Of a stretch of 58,804 nt of DNA, positions 1 to 12,053 are shown piece by piece (position 1 is the first letter of the stretch; each line of letters begins with the position of its first letter). The DNA is from Eubacteriaceae bacterium UBA1433 (GTDB lineage: Bacteria; Bacillota; Clostridia; Eubacteriales; UBA1433): the NCBI GenBank assembly GCA_002329295.1, contig DCTT01000026.1:348054-406857 (forward strand), given 5' to 3'. Made by a program: the position numbers and the translations under genes. The notes under the pieces are model-generated. The model was not told the origin of the DNA, ran no database searches, and saw nothing but the letters and a program-made list of their open reading frames with translations.

Positions 1-2457
1 GCGGGTAATTTCTTCCGGACCCAGTTTGGTCTCTCTCGCTTCGCATTCGTATTCTTCTATGTGTATAGAGGTAAAAGCCTCTTCTTTCACGAGTTTTTCG
101 CTGATAAGCACAGCATCTTCAAAGTTATATCCTTCCCAGGTCATAAATCCTACCAGCACATTTCTGCCCAACGCCAACTCTCCATTATCCGAAGAAGGGC
201 CGTCCGCAATAATGTCACCGGCTTTCACATAATCGCCCTTATCAACGATGGGACGTTGATCACAGCAGGTGCCCTGGTTGGTTCTTTTGTATTTCAAGAG
301 CGGATAGCGTCTTCCGGAAATGATAATTTCATCGGACGTTACTTTTTCTACAACGCCGTCTTCTTCCGCCAACACGCACACGCCTGAGTCCTTCGCACTT
401 TTATGCTCCATACCCGTACCGATAATCGGCGCTTGCGGATTTAACAGCGGCACTGCCTGACGCTGCATGTTGGAACCCATCAATGCACGGTTGGCATCAT
501 CGTTTTCCAAAAACGGAATCAGCGCCGTGGCAACGGAAACAATTTGCTTCGGCGAAATATCCATATAATCAATTTCTTCAGGCTCCACCACAGTAAAATC
601 TCTTTCTTTGCCTGTCCTGCCCATAACTTTACTGTTGACGAAATATCCCTTTTCATCGAGTGGCTCATTGGCCTGTGCAATGGTATAGAGTCCCTCCTCA
701 TCAGCGGTTAGGTAGACATTTTCATCTGTCACATGCCCCTGCACCACTTTGCGATAAGGCGTCTCAATAAACCCGTATTCGTTGACCCTTGCATAGGTGC
801 AAAGAGAGTTGATCAGCCCGATATTGGGTCCTTCAGGGGTTTCGATTGGACACATTCTGCCATAGTGCGAATAGTGCACGTCACGCACTTCGAACCCCGC
901 CCTGTCTCGGCTCAGCCCGCCGGGTCCCAAGGCGGAAAGTCTTCTGCGATTGGTGAGCTCTGCAAGCGGGTTGGTTTGATCCATGAATTGCGAAAGTTGC
1001 GAACTGCCGAAAAACTCTTTAATCGCAGCATGTACCGGACGAATATTGATCAAATCCTGAGGAGCAAGCTGTTCCTTTTCCGGCGTCATCATACGCTCTT
1101 TTACATTTTTTTCCATCCGTGTCAACCCGATACGAAACTGGTTTTGTAAAAGCTCCCCAACGGAACGCAACCTTCTGTTGCCTAAATGGTCAATATCATC
1201 TATATCTCCGATACCGTATTCGATACCGATATTGTAGTTGATTGCGCAAAAAATATCTTCGATCGTAATATGTTTGGGCACTAACAGGCGCATGTGATCT
1301 TTGATATCCTGCTTCATTTCTTCCGGCGTTTTGCCCGAGGATAAAATATCGCAAAGCACATCATAGCGCACGGTTTTTTCCATATCGATATCGCTGATAT
1401 CAAAGGGCAAGTCTTGTGCCGTAATATCGACGATGTTGTTACCAACCACCGAATAGGGTCGACCGCTCGGTGTAATAATATCCACTCTGTTGATGCCGCT
1501 GTTTTGAATCTTGCGCGCCACCTTCAGAGATAAGATTTCTCCTTTTGCGGCAAAAACTTCGCCTGTAGTTGTACAAACAATATTGTCTGCTGCCTCCATA
1601 CCGGCAATTCTTGCAGCAAGTGCCAACTTTTTATTTAATTTATATCTTCCCACAATGGCAAGATCATATCTTCTGTTATCAAAAAACATGGCGTCAGTCA
1701 GGGAACGGGCATTTTCCACCGTGGGAGGTTCACCGGGACGAAGGCGTCTGTAGATTTCAAGCAGCCCTTCGTCTACACTGGTGGTATTGTCTTTTTCCAA
1801 CGTTGCCGTAATTTTTTTATGTTCACCGAAAAACCGAATGATTTCTTCGTTTGTACCCAGCCCGAACATACGTATCAGCATCGTGATAGGCAGTTTTCGG
1901 GTTCTGTCTACCCGCACATACATGACATCATTGGCATCTGTTTCAAATTCCAACCATGCACCACGGCTGGGAATGAGCTGTGCGGAATACAATTCTTTCC
2001 CGGATTTATCAATTTCCGAAAAAAAGTAAGCCCCCGGCGAACGAACCAACTGACTGACAATAACACGTTCCGCGCCATTAATAATAAAGGTGCCTTTTTC
2101 CGTCATAACAGGAAAATCGCCTAAATAGACATCTTGTTCAATCTTCACGCCTGTTTCTTTAAAAGTCAGACGAACTTTTGCACGCAAAGAACGAGCGTAG
2201 TTTGCATCACGCTCCTTACACTCTTCTATATCATATTTTGGTTCTCCATAAAGATTATAGTCCAAGAATTCTAAGATCAACTCGCCTGAGTAGTCCGTTA
2301 TCGGCGAAATATCATCAAAAACTTCCCGAAGCCCTTTTTCTAAAAACCATGCGTATGATTTTTTTTGAATTTCGATCAAATTGGGCATTTCCAAGTTTTC
2401 GCTGATTTTCGAAAAACTCATTCTTTCAACATGGCCGGTTTTCACTGCATGCACCAA
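1..2457 (-). CDS. rpoB: RNA polymerase beta subunit, 5' part (runs off left edge; missing from ORF track)
   Basis: Hand translation: [31 protein letters not shown]... [21 protein letters not shown]... [14 protein letters not shown]... [17 protein letters not shown] start at 2457 (or GTG at 2454) with an AAGGAG RBS; codon register is consistent at 1-12, 901-1020 and the start. Confidence 0.98.
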   Translation of the reverse strand, partial: MVHAVKTGHVERMSFSKISENLEMPNLIEIQKKSYAWFLEKGLREVFDDISPITDYSGELILEFLDYNLYGEPKYDIEECKERDANYARSLRAKVRLTFKETGVKIEQDVYLGDFPVMTEKGTFIINGAERVIVSQLVRSPGAYFFSEIDKSGKELYSAQLIPSRGAWLEFETDANDVMYVRVDRTRKLPITMLIRMFGLGTNEEIIRFFGEHKKITATLEKDNTTSVDEGLLEIYRRLRPGEPPTVENARSLTDAMFFDNRRYDLAIVGRYKLNKKLALAARIAGMEAADNIVCTTTGEVFAAKGEILSLKVARKIQNSGINRVDIITPSGRPYSVVGNNIVDITAQDLPFDISDIDMEKTVRYDVLCDILSSGKTPEEMKQDIKDHMRLLVPKHITIEDIFCAINYNIGIEYGIGDIDDIDHLGNRRLRSVGELLQNQFRIGLTRMEKNVKERMMTPEKEQLAPQDLINIRPVHAAIKEFFGSSQLSQFMDQTNPLAELTNRRRLSALGPGGLSRDRAGFEVRDVHYSHYGRMCPIETPEGPNIGLINSLCTYARVNEYGFIETPYRKVVQGHVTDENVYLTADEEGLYTIAQANEPLDEKGYFVNSKVMGRTGKERDFTVVEPEEIDYMDISPKQIVSVATALIPFLENDDANRALMGSNMQRQAVPLLNPQAPIIGTGMEHKSAKDSGVCVLAEEDGVVEKVTSDEIIISGRRYPLLKYKRTNQGTCCDQRPIVDKGDYVKAGDIIADGPSSDNGELALGRNVLVGFMTWEGYNFEDAVLISEKLVKEEAFTSIHIEEYECEARETKLGPEEITR

Positions 2458-2605
2458 AATCAGTCACTCCTTTAATATTAAATAGCACTATAAATCCACG
2501 ACTTTTGGCAAAATCCTTTTTATAGTGCACCTCCTGGTTTTTTTGTTCTTTTATAAAATTCGAAGGAAACTTTTTTTGCTTTTTCCTATACTAATGCGGT
2601 TTATT

Positions 2606-2634
2606 ATATTATCATGCAAAAGAAGTCCTGTCAA
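2606..2634 (-). promoter_or_regulatory. sigma-A promoter for rpoB
   Basis: TTGACA-N17-TAATAT with an extended -10 TG, read on the minus strand. Confidence 0.7.
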
Positions 2635-2731
2635 TCTTTTTTTCTTCGACAGAACTTCTTATGAAACCATATTTTTGCGAAACCTTTAGGAATGAATTCT
2701 TTTGCTTTCGATTCAGCATATATTTTTCTAA

Positions 2732-4348
<1,617 letters not shown>

Positions 4349-4403
4349 TTATTCCTGCTTTCATTTTTTGAAATAAAGTTTTCGTTAATAAGTTTGCCTA
4401 TCT

Positions 4404-5330
4404 TTATTTTTTAAGTATTTCGCGTACTCTTGCAGCAATTTCCGCAGCCGTCAAATGAAAATGTTCCAATAATTCATTTGCTTTTCCCGAGGTGCCGAAC
4501 TGATCTTCAATACCTAAAAAATCCATTTTTACGGGATTGCCTCGACTGATGATCTCTGCCAAGGCGCCACCCATGCCGCCTATGACACTATGCTCTTCAC
4601 AGGCAAGGGCGCAATTTGTTTTTTTTACGGAGTTCAGCACGGCTTTCTCATCCATGGGTTTAATTTGTGATAAATTAATGACCTCGGCGTCAATGCCCTC
4701 TTTTTTTAATTCTTCCGCTGCCTGCAAGGCACGGCTTACCATGATGCCGCAAGCAAAAATACTGATATCGCTGCCCTGTCTGAGTATATGGGAACGTCGG
4801 AACTCAAAGTTCGCTTTTTCCGTATACACATCGTCACTGCCCGAACGTGTCAATCGAATATAACAAGGACCCTCTGTCTTCGCTGCCATTCTCACCATTT
4901 CATAGGCTTCTGCCGCATCGGCAGCTACCCATACTCTCATATTGGGAACGGCTCTCATAATTGCAATATCCTCAATGGCCTGATGCGTCGCGCCGTCTTC
5001 CCCTACCGAAACCCCGGCGTGGGTACACACAAGTTTCACATTCAAATTGTTGCCGCAAACTAAGTTTCGCGTAATTTCATAAGCACGACCGGTACCAAAG
5101 ACGGCAAAGCTACTGACAAACACCGTTTTGCCGCTGGCAGCCAGACCTGCCGCCATCCCCATCATGTTTTGTTCTGCTATGCCCGCATTAAAAAACCGTT
5201 CGGGATACGCACTGCAAAACATTGATGTTTTTGTTGAAGAGGAAAGATCCGCATCCAGCACCACAATATTTTTGTTCTCTTCACCCAATTCAATCAAAGC
5301 GCGTCCGTACGCTTTTCTCATTTCACCCAT
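4404..5330 (-). CDS. Transketolase, C-terminal subunit
   Basis: MGEMRKAYG..VVLDADL..GIAEQNM..GEDGATHQ. Start re-assigned to ATG 5330, which overlaps the upstream stop. Confidence 0.95.
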   Translation of the reverse strand: MGEMRKAYGRALIELGEENKNIVVLDADLSSSTKTSMFCSAYPERFFNAGIAEQNMMGMAAGLAASGKTVFVSSFAVFGTGRAYEITRNLVCGNNLNVKLVCTHAGVSVGEDGATHQAIEDIAIMRAVPNMRVWVAADAAEAYEMVRMAAKTEGPCYIRLTRSGSDDVYTEKANFEFRRSHILRQGSDISIFACGIMVSRALQAAEELKKEGIDAEVINLSQIKPMDEKAVLNSVKKTNCALACEEHSVIGGMGGALAEIISRGNPVKMDFLGIEDQFGTSGKANELLEHFHLTAAEIAARVREILKK

Positions 5331-6144
5331 TTGCGTATGCCTCCAATTCTGCCAATGCCTGCCTGGTTTGCTCCTCATTAGACGCTTTCCCGTGCCAGGA
5401 CGGGTTGTTTTCCATAAAAGATACCCCTTTGCCCTTGACGGTTTTACAAACAATGGCCGAAGGTCTGTCCTGCACTGTTTGTGCTGTTTGAATTGCCTTG
5501 CGCAATTGATCATAGTCGTGCCCGTCTTCTACAAAAACCGCATTACAACCAAAGGCTTCAAACTTCTTTACCAAATCTCCCAAATTCATCACATCACAAG
5601 TAGCGCCGTCAATCTGCAGACCGTTTTCATCTACCAAAATAATCAGGTTGTTTAGCCGATTGTGCGCCGCAGCCATGGTCGCTTCCCAAACAATACCTTC
5701 ATTGAGTTCACCGTCTCCCACCAATACATAAACATATCGCTGCAAGCCATCCAGTTTTTGTGCCAGCGCCATACCCACCGCCGCCGAAATACCTTGTCCC
5801 AAGGAACCGGTGCCGATTTCAATACCCTCCAGCGCGTGCATGTCGGGATGACCTTGCAAACGACTTCCCAAACGCCGCAGCGTAACGAGTTCTTCTATAT
5901 CAAAAAATCCGCGACGTGCCAACGTGGCATACAAAGCCGGCGCCGCATGCCCTTTTGACAATACAAATTTATCCCTGTCTTCCATTTTCGGACATAATGG
6001 ATCGATATGCATGATTTCAAAATAAAGCAGCGTCAAAATTTCCACCGCCGATAAGGATCCACCCGGATGTCCGCTTTTTGCCGCTGAGGTCATGCGAATA
6101 ATATCTTGGCGAATCAGCTTTTGTAATTCTTGTAACGTATACAT
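5323..6144 (-). CDS. Transketolase, N-terminal (TPP-binding) subunit
   Basis: SGHPGGSLS, LSKGHAAP, LQGHP, GSLGQG, GDGELNEG, WHGK motifs. Start re-assigned to ATG 6144 after a GGAGGGG RBS. Confidence 0.95.
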   Translation of the reverse strand: MYTLQELQKLIRQDIIRMTSAAKSGHPGGSLSAVEILTLLYFEIMHIDPLCPKMEDRDKFVLSKGHAAPALYATLARRGFFDIEELVTLRRLGSRLQGHPDMHALEGIEIGTGSLGQGISAAVGMALAQKLDGLQRYVYVLVGDGELNEGIVWEATMAAAHNRLNNLIILVDENGLQIDGATCDVMNLGDLVKKFEAFGCNAVFVEDGHDYDQLRKAIQTAQTVQDRPSAIVCKTVKGKGVSFMENNPSWHGKASNEEQTRQALAELEAYANG

Positions 6145-6397
6145 GTCCCCTCCATATTTTTCTCGCAATTTACCCGAAGAAATAAGAGAATTTTTACCCT
6201 GGTCGGTTTTGTTTTCGGTCTCTTGCATTTATTTTTACCGGTTTTTATTTGATTCGGTATTTACACCTGCACAAAAAAAGAAAATGTATGCCTTTATTTG
6301 CAAGCGGATACGATTCCTCTACACCGCAAATATTCAATTAAAAGCATCATAGGCCTACATCTTTTCTTTATTAATTTTATTTCTTTTTGACTTTGAT

Positions 6398-6426
6398 ATT
6401 TTATAACAATTTCCTATAGATTACAA
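6398..6426 (-). promoter_or_regulatory. sigma-A promoter for the transketolase-pyrG unit
   Basis: TTGTAA-N17-TAAAAT on the minus strand. Confidence 0.55.
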
Positions 6427-6495
6427 TGCGTTCTGAAAAGTTTTCCGTTTTTATTCTACAATTTTTTCAGTCTTGTCCCTCTTCTTCCCGCTTTC

Positions 6496-7647
6496 TCAAA
6501 TCATTACTCGTTGTCCGACAGCTTGTCCGTCTTTCAGATACACTCTCGGGATGCGTTTGCTGATGCCGCAAAGTATCTCGTAACCGATGGTGCCGGCTCT
6601 TTGCGCCAACTCTTCGGCACTGATGCCGCCAACACCAAACAAAATCACATCGTCGCCCTCTTTGACATCGGCAATATGCGTTACATCCACCATGATTTGA
6701 TCCATACATACCGTACCCAAAACGTTTGCCCGCTGCTGGGCAATCATTACATAGGCATTGTTTGTAAATTCTCTGCGATATCCATCGGCATAACCGATGG
6801 GCAATGTGGCTACTCGCATAGGTTTTGTCGCAGTAAAGCGCCTGTTATAACTAATGCTGTCGCCCGGTTCAACATTTTTGACAAAAGCGACTTTTGTTCG
6901 CAATTGCATCACTTCTTTGAGAGCAATCTTTTGTCGCTGTACTTCCTGCGAAGGATAAAGACCATAAAGGCTGATACCCAACCGAATCATGTTCATGTTC
7001 TGTTGTTCCATATCAATGGCTGCGGCGCTGTTTGCCGCATGCTTAACAGGAATAACAATTCCCGCATTATTCAATGTGCAGACTATCGATTCGAATCGTT
7101 CTTGTTGCAACAATGTAAATTGTTTGTCCTTTTCGTCTGCAGAAGCATAGTGCGTGAAAATTCCCTCAATGAAAATATTTTTCATTTCATATATTTTTTT
7201 GATTTGTTCCGCCGCCTCTTGCCATGCAAAACCAATCCTCCCCATTCCGGTATCGATTTTGATATGGATTTTTCCTGTTTTGCCTTGTTTCACTGCTTCT
7301 TCATGCAAATCATGCGCTCCCTGTACCGTAAAGACCGACGGCGTCAAATCTTGATCGATGATTTCTTTGGCCCATGCGCTTTGGCTGTAGCCCAACAACA
7401 AAATATCTTCTTTGATTCCTGCTTCTCGCAACGCAAGCGCCTCATCAACAAATGCCACGCAAAAGGTTTTCACGCCTGCCCGGCGCAGCTCTTTGGCACA
7501 TTCCGCCGCGCCATGCCCATAGGCATCCGCTTTAACAACCGGAGCAATCCTGACATGTTTCGGCAAATATTTGCGAAACTGTTCGTAGTTAAATAACAAA
7601 TTGTCCAAATCAATATTGGCCACCGTTGACCTATACATCTCGTTCAT
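6496..7647 (-). CDS. alr: Alanine racemase
   Basis: PVVKADAYGHG (PLP lysine), HIKIDTGMGRIG, IGYADGY, ICMDQ-like CMDQ motif. Confidence 0.98.
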   Translation of the reverse strand: MNEMYRSTVANIDLDNLLFNYEQFRKYLPKHVRIAPVVKADAYGHGAAECAKELRRAGVKTFCVAFVDEALALREAGIKEDILLLGYSQSAWAKEIIDQDLTPSVFTVQGAHDLHEEAVKQGKTGKIHIKIDTGMGRIGFAWQEAAEQIKKIYEMKNIFIEGIFTHYASADEKDKQFTLLQQERFESIVCTLNNAGIVIPVKHAANSAAAIDMEQQNMNMIRLGISLYGLYPSQEVQRQKIALKEVMQLRTKVAFVKNVEPGDSISYNRRFTATKPMRVATLPIGYADGYRREFTNNAYVMIAQQRANVLGTVCMDQIMVDVTHIADVKEGDDVILFGVGGISAEELAQRAGTIGYEILCGISKRIPRVYLKDGQAVGQRVMI

Positions 7648-7657
7648 TTACATTTCC

Positions 7658-9154
7658 TCATTGCTCGAGCTCTTTTTGCGCTTCTGAAAGATTGCTGATA
7701 ATATCTGAAGCGTTCATGTATGTCGCTCCGTTTTTCTGCATGGCATATTCTCCAGCCAATGCATGAAGATAGACGCCTGCACAAGCCGCATCAAACAACG
7801 TATCGGTTTTGTTAATACAGGCAACGATGATACCGCCAAGCACATCGCCGCTCCCTGCTGTTGCCATGCCTCTGTTGCCTTTGTCCGCAATTTTTACCTT
7901 ACCACAGGGACTTGCAACCAGTGTCTTGTTCATTTTTAACACTACTACATTTTTATAGACCATCGCCGCTTTCTTCACTGCCGCCACGGGATCATTGCGC
8001 ACCTCTTGGGTTTCACAACCCAATAATGTCGCCAACTCCGCCGTGTGAGGCGTGAGAATGCCGCTCTTTTCTTTTAATATTTCCTTATTTTCCGCTACGA
8101 TGGACAATGCTCCCGCATCCAACACAACCGGCAGGTTTTGTTGTAAAACTTGTTGCAATATGGCCTTATCTTCTTTGTCTTTTTTCATGCCCATCCCGAT
8201 TGCCATCGCACTTTTTTTGTGTAGTATCGCCTCTGAAACACCTTCCTCCAATTCATAAACCATACTCTCTGTCGGTGCCAAACAAGCCAAACGCGGATAA
8301 CCTTCTTTTTTTACCGCGATGGTCACCAACCCCGCTCCGCTGCGCAAAGCCGCCTTCGCACAAAGTGCCATAGCACCCTCCATACCCTTGCTTCCACCCA
8401 AAACAAGAATACTTCCGTTTTGATATTTATGCACATTCTTTTTTTGTTTGTGCAATACCGATAAAACATCTTGGCGTTGCAATAAAGTTACATTACTTTT
8501 GCCAGGCCCGTGAATCTGAATATCTCGAACCAATTTTCTTTTTGTATAATCATCGGCATCGTTTAAAATGTTGCCATATTTATATTGCTGCATCACCACG
8601 GTCAAATCAGCTTCCACGGCGCATCCCATCTTTTGGCCGTTATCGCCATTGAGTCCCGAAGAAATATCCACGGAAATTTTGTCCGCTTGCTGCATATTGA
8701 TTATTTCAATCACGGCCTTATATAGCCCCGTTACCTCTCGATTCAGCCCTGTACCCAACAGAGCATCTACGACCACATCACTGTCTTCCATGGCTTTTGC
8801 CGCCTCCGGCAAAGAATGATGATTAACGATAAAAATTTCCGCTTTGATATGTATCAACAGATTATAATAATAGTTCGCTTCTTGGCTGAGGTTTTTTTCA
8901 TCGGCCACCAAAAAAATCTTCACGGGAACATTGGCTTTTTTAAAAAGAAAAGAGAGCGCCAGACCATCCGCTCCATTGTTGCCCTTTCCGCAAATCACAC
9001 AAATTTTCTTCGTGTACAGTGGCATATATTCACTTCGCAGCACCTCATATAACGCCCCGGCTGCTCGATAAACCAAGTCTTTTCCTTCTATCTTTTCTTC
9101 CTTGATTGTAAACGCATCGTTTTGACGACTCTCGTCTACACTGAGTATTTCCAT
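7658..9154 (-). CDS. nnr: Bifunctional NAD(P)HX epimerase/dehydratase (NnrE-NnrD fusion)
   Basis: GKGNNGADG and DALLGTG (YjeF-N domain); ILTPH..EL and TAGSGDVL (carbohydrate-kinase-like domain); usual neighbour of alr. Confidence 0.92.
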   Translation of the reverse strand: MEILSVDESRQNDAFTIKEEKIEGKDLVYRAAGALYEVLRSEYMPLYTKKICVICGKGNNGADGLALSFLFKKANVPVKIFLVADEKNLSQEANYYYNLLIHIKAEIFIVNHHSLPEAAKAMEDSDVVVDALLGTGLNREVTGLYKAVIEIINMQQADKISVDISSGLNGDNGQKMGCAVEADLTVVMQQYKYGNILNDADDYTKRKLVRDIQIHGPGKSNVTLLQRQDVLSVLHKQKKNVHKYQNGSILVLGGSKGMEGAMALCAKAALRSGAGLVTIAVKKEGYPRLACLAPTESMVYELEEGVSEAILHKKSAMAIGMGMKKDKEDKAILQQVLQQNLPVVLDAGALSIVAENKEILKEKSGILTPHTAELATLLGCETQEVRNDPVAAVKKAAMVYKNVVVLKMNKTLVASPCGKVKIADKGNRGMATAGSGDVLGGIIVACINKTDTLFDAACAGVYLHALAGEYAMQKNGATYMNASDIISNLSEAQKELEQ

Positions 9155-9217
9155 TTTTTGCCCTCGTCAATTTTTTGATTTTTTCCCGATTTTTTTATGC
9201 TTTGTTTTCACAAATCA

Positions 9218-10105
9218 TCAACTGCTGTTGCGAACAAAAATCGCCACAATTTCCTCCATCTTTTCCATAGCCGCTTCATACCCTATTTCGTACATCGTTT
9301 TTATATCACTTTCATCTCCCGAAAACATGGCGTAAGCGTCCATCTTCGGTTCAATTACGAGATCCGATTCCTCAAGTCCTTTTTGCATGCAAAACTCCGA
9401 CAAAATCTCCACCGTTGCATTCAAAACATCTGAAATGTGCGGGCTCTTTGCTCTGGCCTTTTTACCGGCCTGCGCATTGACACCGATGACAATTTCCGCT
9501 CCTTTTTCACGCAAAACACTGACAGGTAAATTGTTGATGACAAATCCGTCAACCACAATGGATTGTTCGTGAATATACGGTAAAAAAAGTCCCGGCATGG
9601 ACATGGCAGCTCTGCAAGCGTTCACGATGGATCCTTGCGAAAAAACGATTTCTGCGCCATGTGTTAAATCGGTGGCCACAATATGACAGGGAACTTTTGT
9701 TTGAGAAAAATCCGCCTGATCAAAAAATTCATCCAGTATGGACTGCAGCGTTTGTCCGTTCTGAATCAATGCGTTCGCTCTTTCTTCGGCGCAAGATTTT
9801 TCTGTGTTTATTCTCTCATCTGCAGCACCCAACAGACGGACACCCTGTACCGCAAAAAAATGCAATATCTCTTCCGACTTCATACCCAAAGCATAAGCCG
9901 CTGCAATGAGACCCCCTGTAGAAGCCCCTCCAATCATATCCGGAAAAATATCGTTTTCTTCAAAAGCTTTGATAACACCGATATGCGCTGCCGCACGCAG
10001 CCCTCCGCCACTGAATACCACCGCCCAGGGAGGCTGATAGATTCCTCTGATCCTCGATGTGATCATTTTTTTCCATTCTTGAAAATCGTGTTCGTTGTGT
10101 TCCAT
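9218..10105 (-). CDS. Patatin-like phospholipase family protein
   Basis: SGGGLRAAAHIG, GASTG nucleophile elbow, ASxxxPG-like SMPG, DG(F) catalytic Asp. Confidence 0.88.
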   Translation of the reverse strand: MEHNEHDFQEWKKMITSRIRGIYQPPWAVVFSGGGLRAAAHIGVIKAFEENDIFPDMIGGASTGGLIAAAYALGMKSEEILHFFAVQGVRLLGAADERINTEKSCAEERANALIQNGQTLQSILDEFFDQADFSQTKVPCHIVATDLTHGAEIVFSQGSIVNACRAAMSMPGLFLPYIHEQSIVVDGFVINNLPVSVLREKGAEIVIGVNAQAGKKARAKSPHISDVLNATVEILSEFCMQKGLEESDLVIEPKMDAYAMFSGDESDIKTMYEIGYEAAMEKMEEIVAIFVRNSS

Positions 10106-10120
10106 AATTTCCTCTATAAA

Positions 10121-11440
10121 TTATTTTTGTTTTCGCCTGTTATGCAGTTTGTTCAACTGTTTTTGCAGCATCCGAACTTCCTTTTTCTGCTGCTCCGCTT
10201 GTTTTTTTTCTTCGTGATAACGCGTCAATTTTGTCTGCATGTTCTCTTTTTCTGCTATTTCTTCTTCCTTTTTGTTTTCAGGCACCGGTTTTCTCAGCCA
10301 ATCCTTAAACAAAACGGCAAGCACCCCGAAAACCGGCGTAGCAAACAACATCCCCAACACACCCCATATTTTCCCGAACACCACAATGGAAAACAACACC
10401 CAGAAGGCATTAATACCTACAGAATTGCCCAAAACTTTCGGGCTGATGATGTTGGATTCGATTTGTTGTGCGACAATGATAATCACCAACACCCACACCG
10501 CATTGATCGGCGCCGATAACATACCCAAAAACACGGCGGGAATGGAGCCGATCAATGGACCGAAAATCGGAATCATGTTGGAAATGGCTACCAAAATAGC
10601 AATCAGTCCGGCATATTTCATTTGCAAAATGGCACAAGGAATAAAGGTCAGTACCCCAATAATCAACGAGCAGAAGGCCTTGCCGGTTAAGAACGTAAAA
10701 AACATTTCGTCCGTCAGTTTTAACACATAACCCGCTCGATAATAAAATTTCGGTGAAATACGCTTGACGACGGAAGTGACATGCTTTATTAAATTTTTCT
10801 TGTCAATCAGCATATATATGGCGAAGAAGATCGCCAAAAACATATTTACCAATGCGCGACTGAAAGATACCAAAAAATTCATGGAAGAACTTGCCAATTT
10901 TTCAAGCCAATTTTGAATCGTTGCCCACTGCGATGAAATAAAAGTGCTGACGGACTCCGTGTTGGATAAGTCAAAATTAAAGGCGCTCATCACCTCTACC
11001 AATCTTTCGTTTTGACTCAGTTTTTGTATCAGTTCGTTTCCGATTCTGGTATAGGTGGGTACCCCTTCCACGATTTGAGAAATGCTTTGCGCCATGGCAG
11101 GAATCGCTGCATAAAAAATCAAAAACAGCGACAAGAATAAAATCAAAAAACCCGCAGAAACAGAAATGGCTTTTTTAACTCCGTGCGTTAACCTTCTGTT
11201 TTTTATTTTTGACAACATATGATAAAAGAATTGTATAGGTCTGTTAAGCAAATATGCCAGGAAAAATCCCCATACCACCGGTTTGAGCAATGCGCTTACA
11301 AATTGCCATAATTTTTTCACACCTTCTGTCACCGTGGATAAGTTGTAAATCAGCATCAAAAACAAGATGACCGCACATAGAGTCGCCATCACATAAATAC
11401 TGATTGTCAGATACTGTTTGTTGATTTTAATTCTTTTCAT
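10121..11440 (-). CDS. AI-2E family transporter (PerM-like)
   Basis: Multi-TM protein with LAYLLNRP and IPIFGPLIG..QQIESNIISPKVLG motifs. Confidence 0.9.
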   Translation of the reverse strand: MKRIKINKQYLTISIYVMATLCAVILFLMLIYNLSTVTEGVKKLWQFVSALLKPVVWGFFLAYLLNRPIQFFYHMLSKIKNRRLTHGVKKAISVSAGFLILFLSLFLIFYAAIPAMAQSISQIVEGVPTYTRIGNELIQKLSQNERLVEVMSAFNFDLSNTESVSTFISSQWATIQNWLEKLASSSMNFLVSFSRALVNMFLAIFFAIYMLIDKKNLIKHVTSVVKRISPKFYYRAGYVLKLTDEMFFTFLTGKAFCSLIIGVLTFIPCAILQMKYAGLIAILVAISNMIPIFGPLIGSIPAVFLGMLSAPINAVWVLVIIIVAQQIESNIISPKVLGNSVGINAFWVLFSIVVFGKIWGVLGMLFATPVFGVLAVLFKDWLRKPVPENKKEEEIAEKENMQTKLTRYHEEKKQAEQQKKEVRMLQKQLNKLHNRRKQK

Positions 11441-11583
11441 CCATTACCTCTTTGCCTTACGCACTATCTTCCCTTTTTTGTTTGCACTTCCCTAAGAGAT
11501 TGCATATAATACACATAAATGATCTTATCACATTGCCTCATTCGATTACCTAATTGAGGCCAACCAGAACAAGCGAGGTTTTC

Positions 11584-12045
11584 ATGCTGTATTTTTTCGT
11601 CATTGTAGCGGCTATTGGCTTGGATATGTTTTCAAAACATCTTGCCGTGACTTATCTGATGCCCGTCGATACCTTTCCCGTCATTCAGCATGTATTTCAT
11701 CTGACTTATGTAGAAAACACCGGCGCTGCTTTTTCTATGTTGGCAGGCAAGCGACTTGTTTTGATTGTCTTCACATCTGTTTTTCTTGTATTATTGATTG
11801 CCTATCTCATCCGTTCCGTGCGAAAAAACAAAAAATTTTTATGGAGCAACTTCGCTCTCAGCTTAATTGTTGCAGGCGGCATTGCCAATCTCATCGACCG
11901 CATTCGTTTAGGCTATGTCATAGATATGTTTGATTTTCGCCTGATTCACTTTGCAGTTTTTAACGTAGCGGATATTTTTGTCACTGTCGGAACTATTTTA
12001 CTACTTTTTTGTTTCTTTTTTATTGAAAAAGATTTGTTTCAATAA
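11584..12045 (+). CDS. lspA: Lipoprotein signal peptidase II
   Basis: LDMFSK, ENTGAAFS, GGIANLIDR, VIDMF, FNVADI catalytic motifs. Start ATG 11584. Confidence 0.96.
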   Translation: MLYFFVIVAAIGLDMFSKHLAVTYLMPVDTFPVIQHVFHLTYVENTGAAFSMLAGKRLVLIVFTSVFLVLLIAYLIRSVRKNKKFLWSNFALSLIVAGGIANLIDRIRLGYVIDMFDFRLIHFAVFNVADIFVTVGTILLLFCFFFIEKDLFQ

Positions 12046-12053
12046 TCCCTTTC

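Noticed and set aside
26-2405. Short plus-strand ORFs over the rpoB region, and similar shadow ORFs across the window
   Set aside because: They overlap clear housekeeping genes on the other strand or frame and show no recognisable features.
2645-2651. Perfect Spo0A box (TGTCGAA) just upstream of the rpoB -35
   Set aside because: A 7-mer expected by chance; another copy lies inside rpsF, and there is no sporulation evidence in the window.
6511-7596. 361-aa ORF antisense to alr
   Set aside because: Codon-aligned shadow of alr; it only reflects absence of TTA/CTA/TCA codons. No RBS or protein-like motifs.
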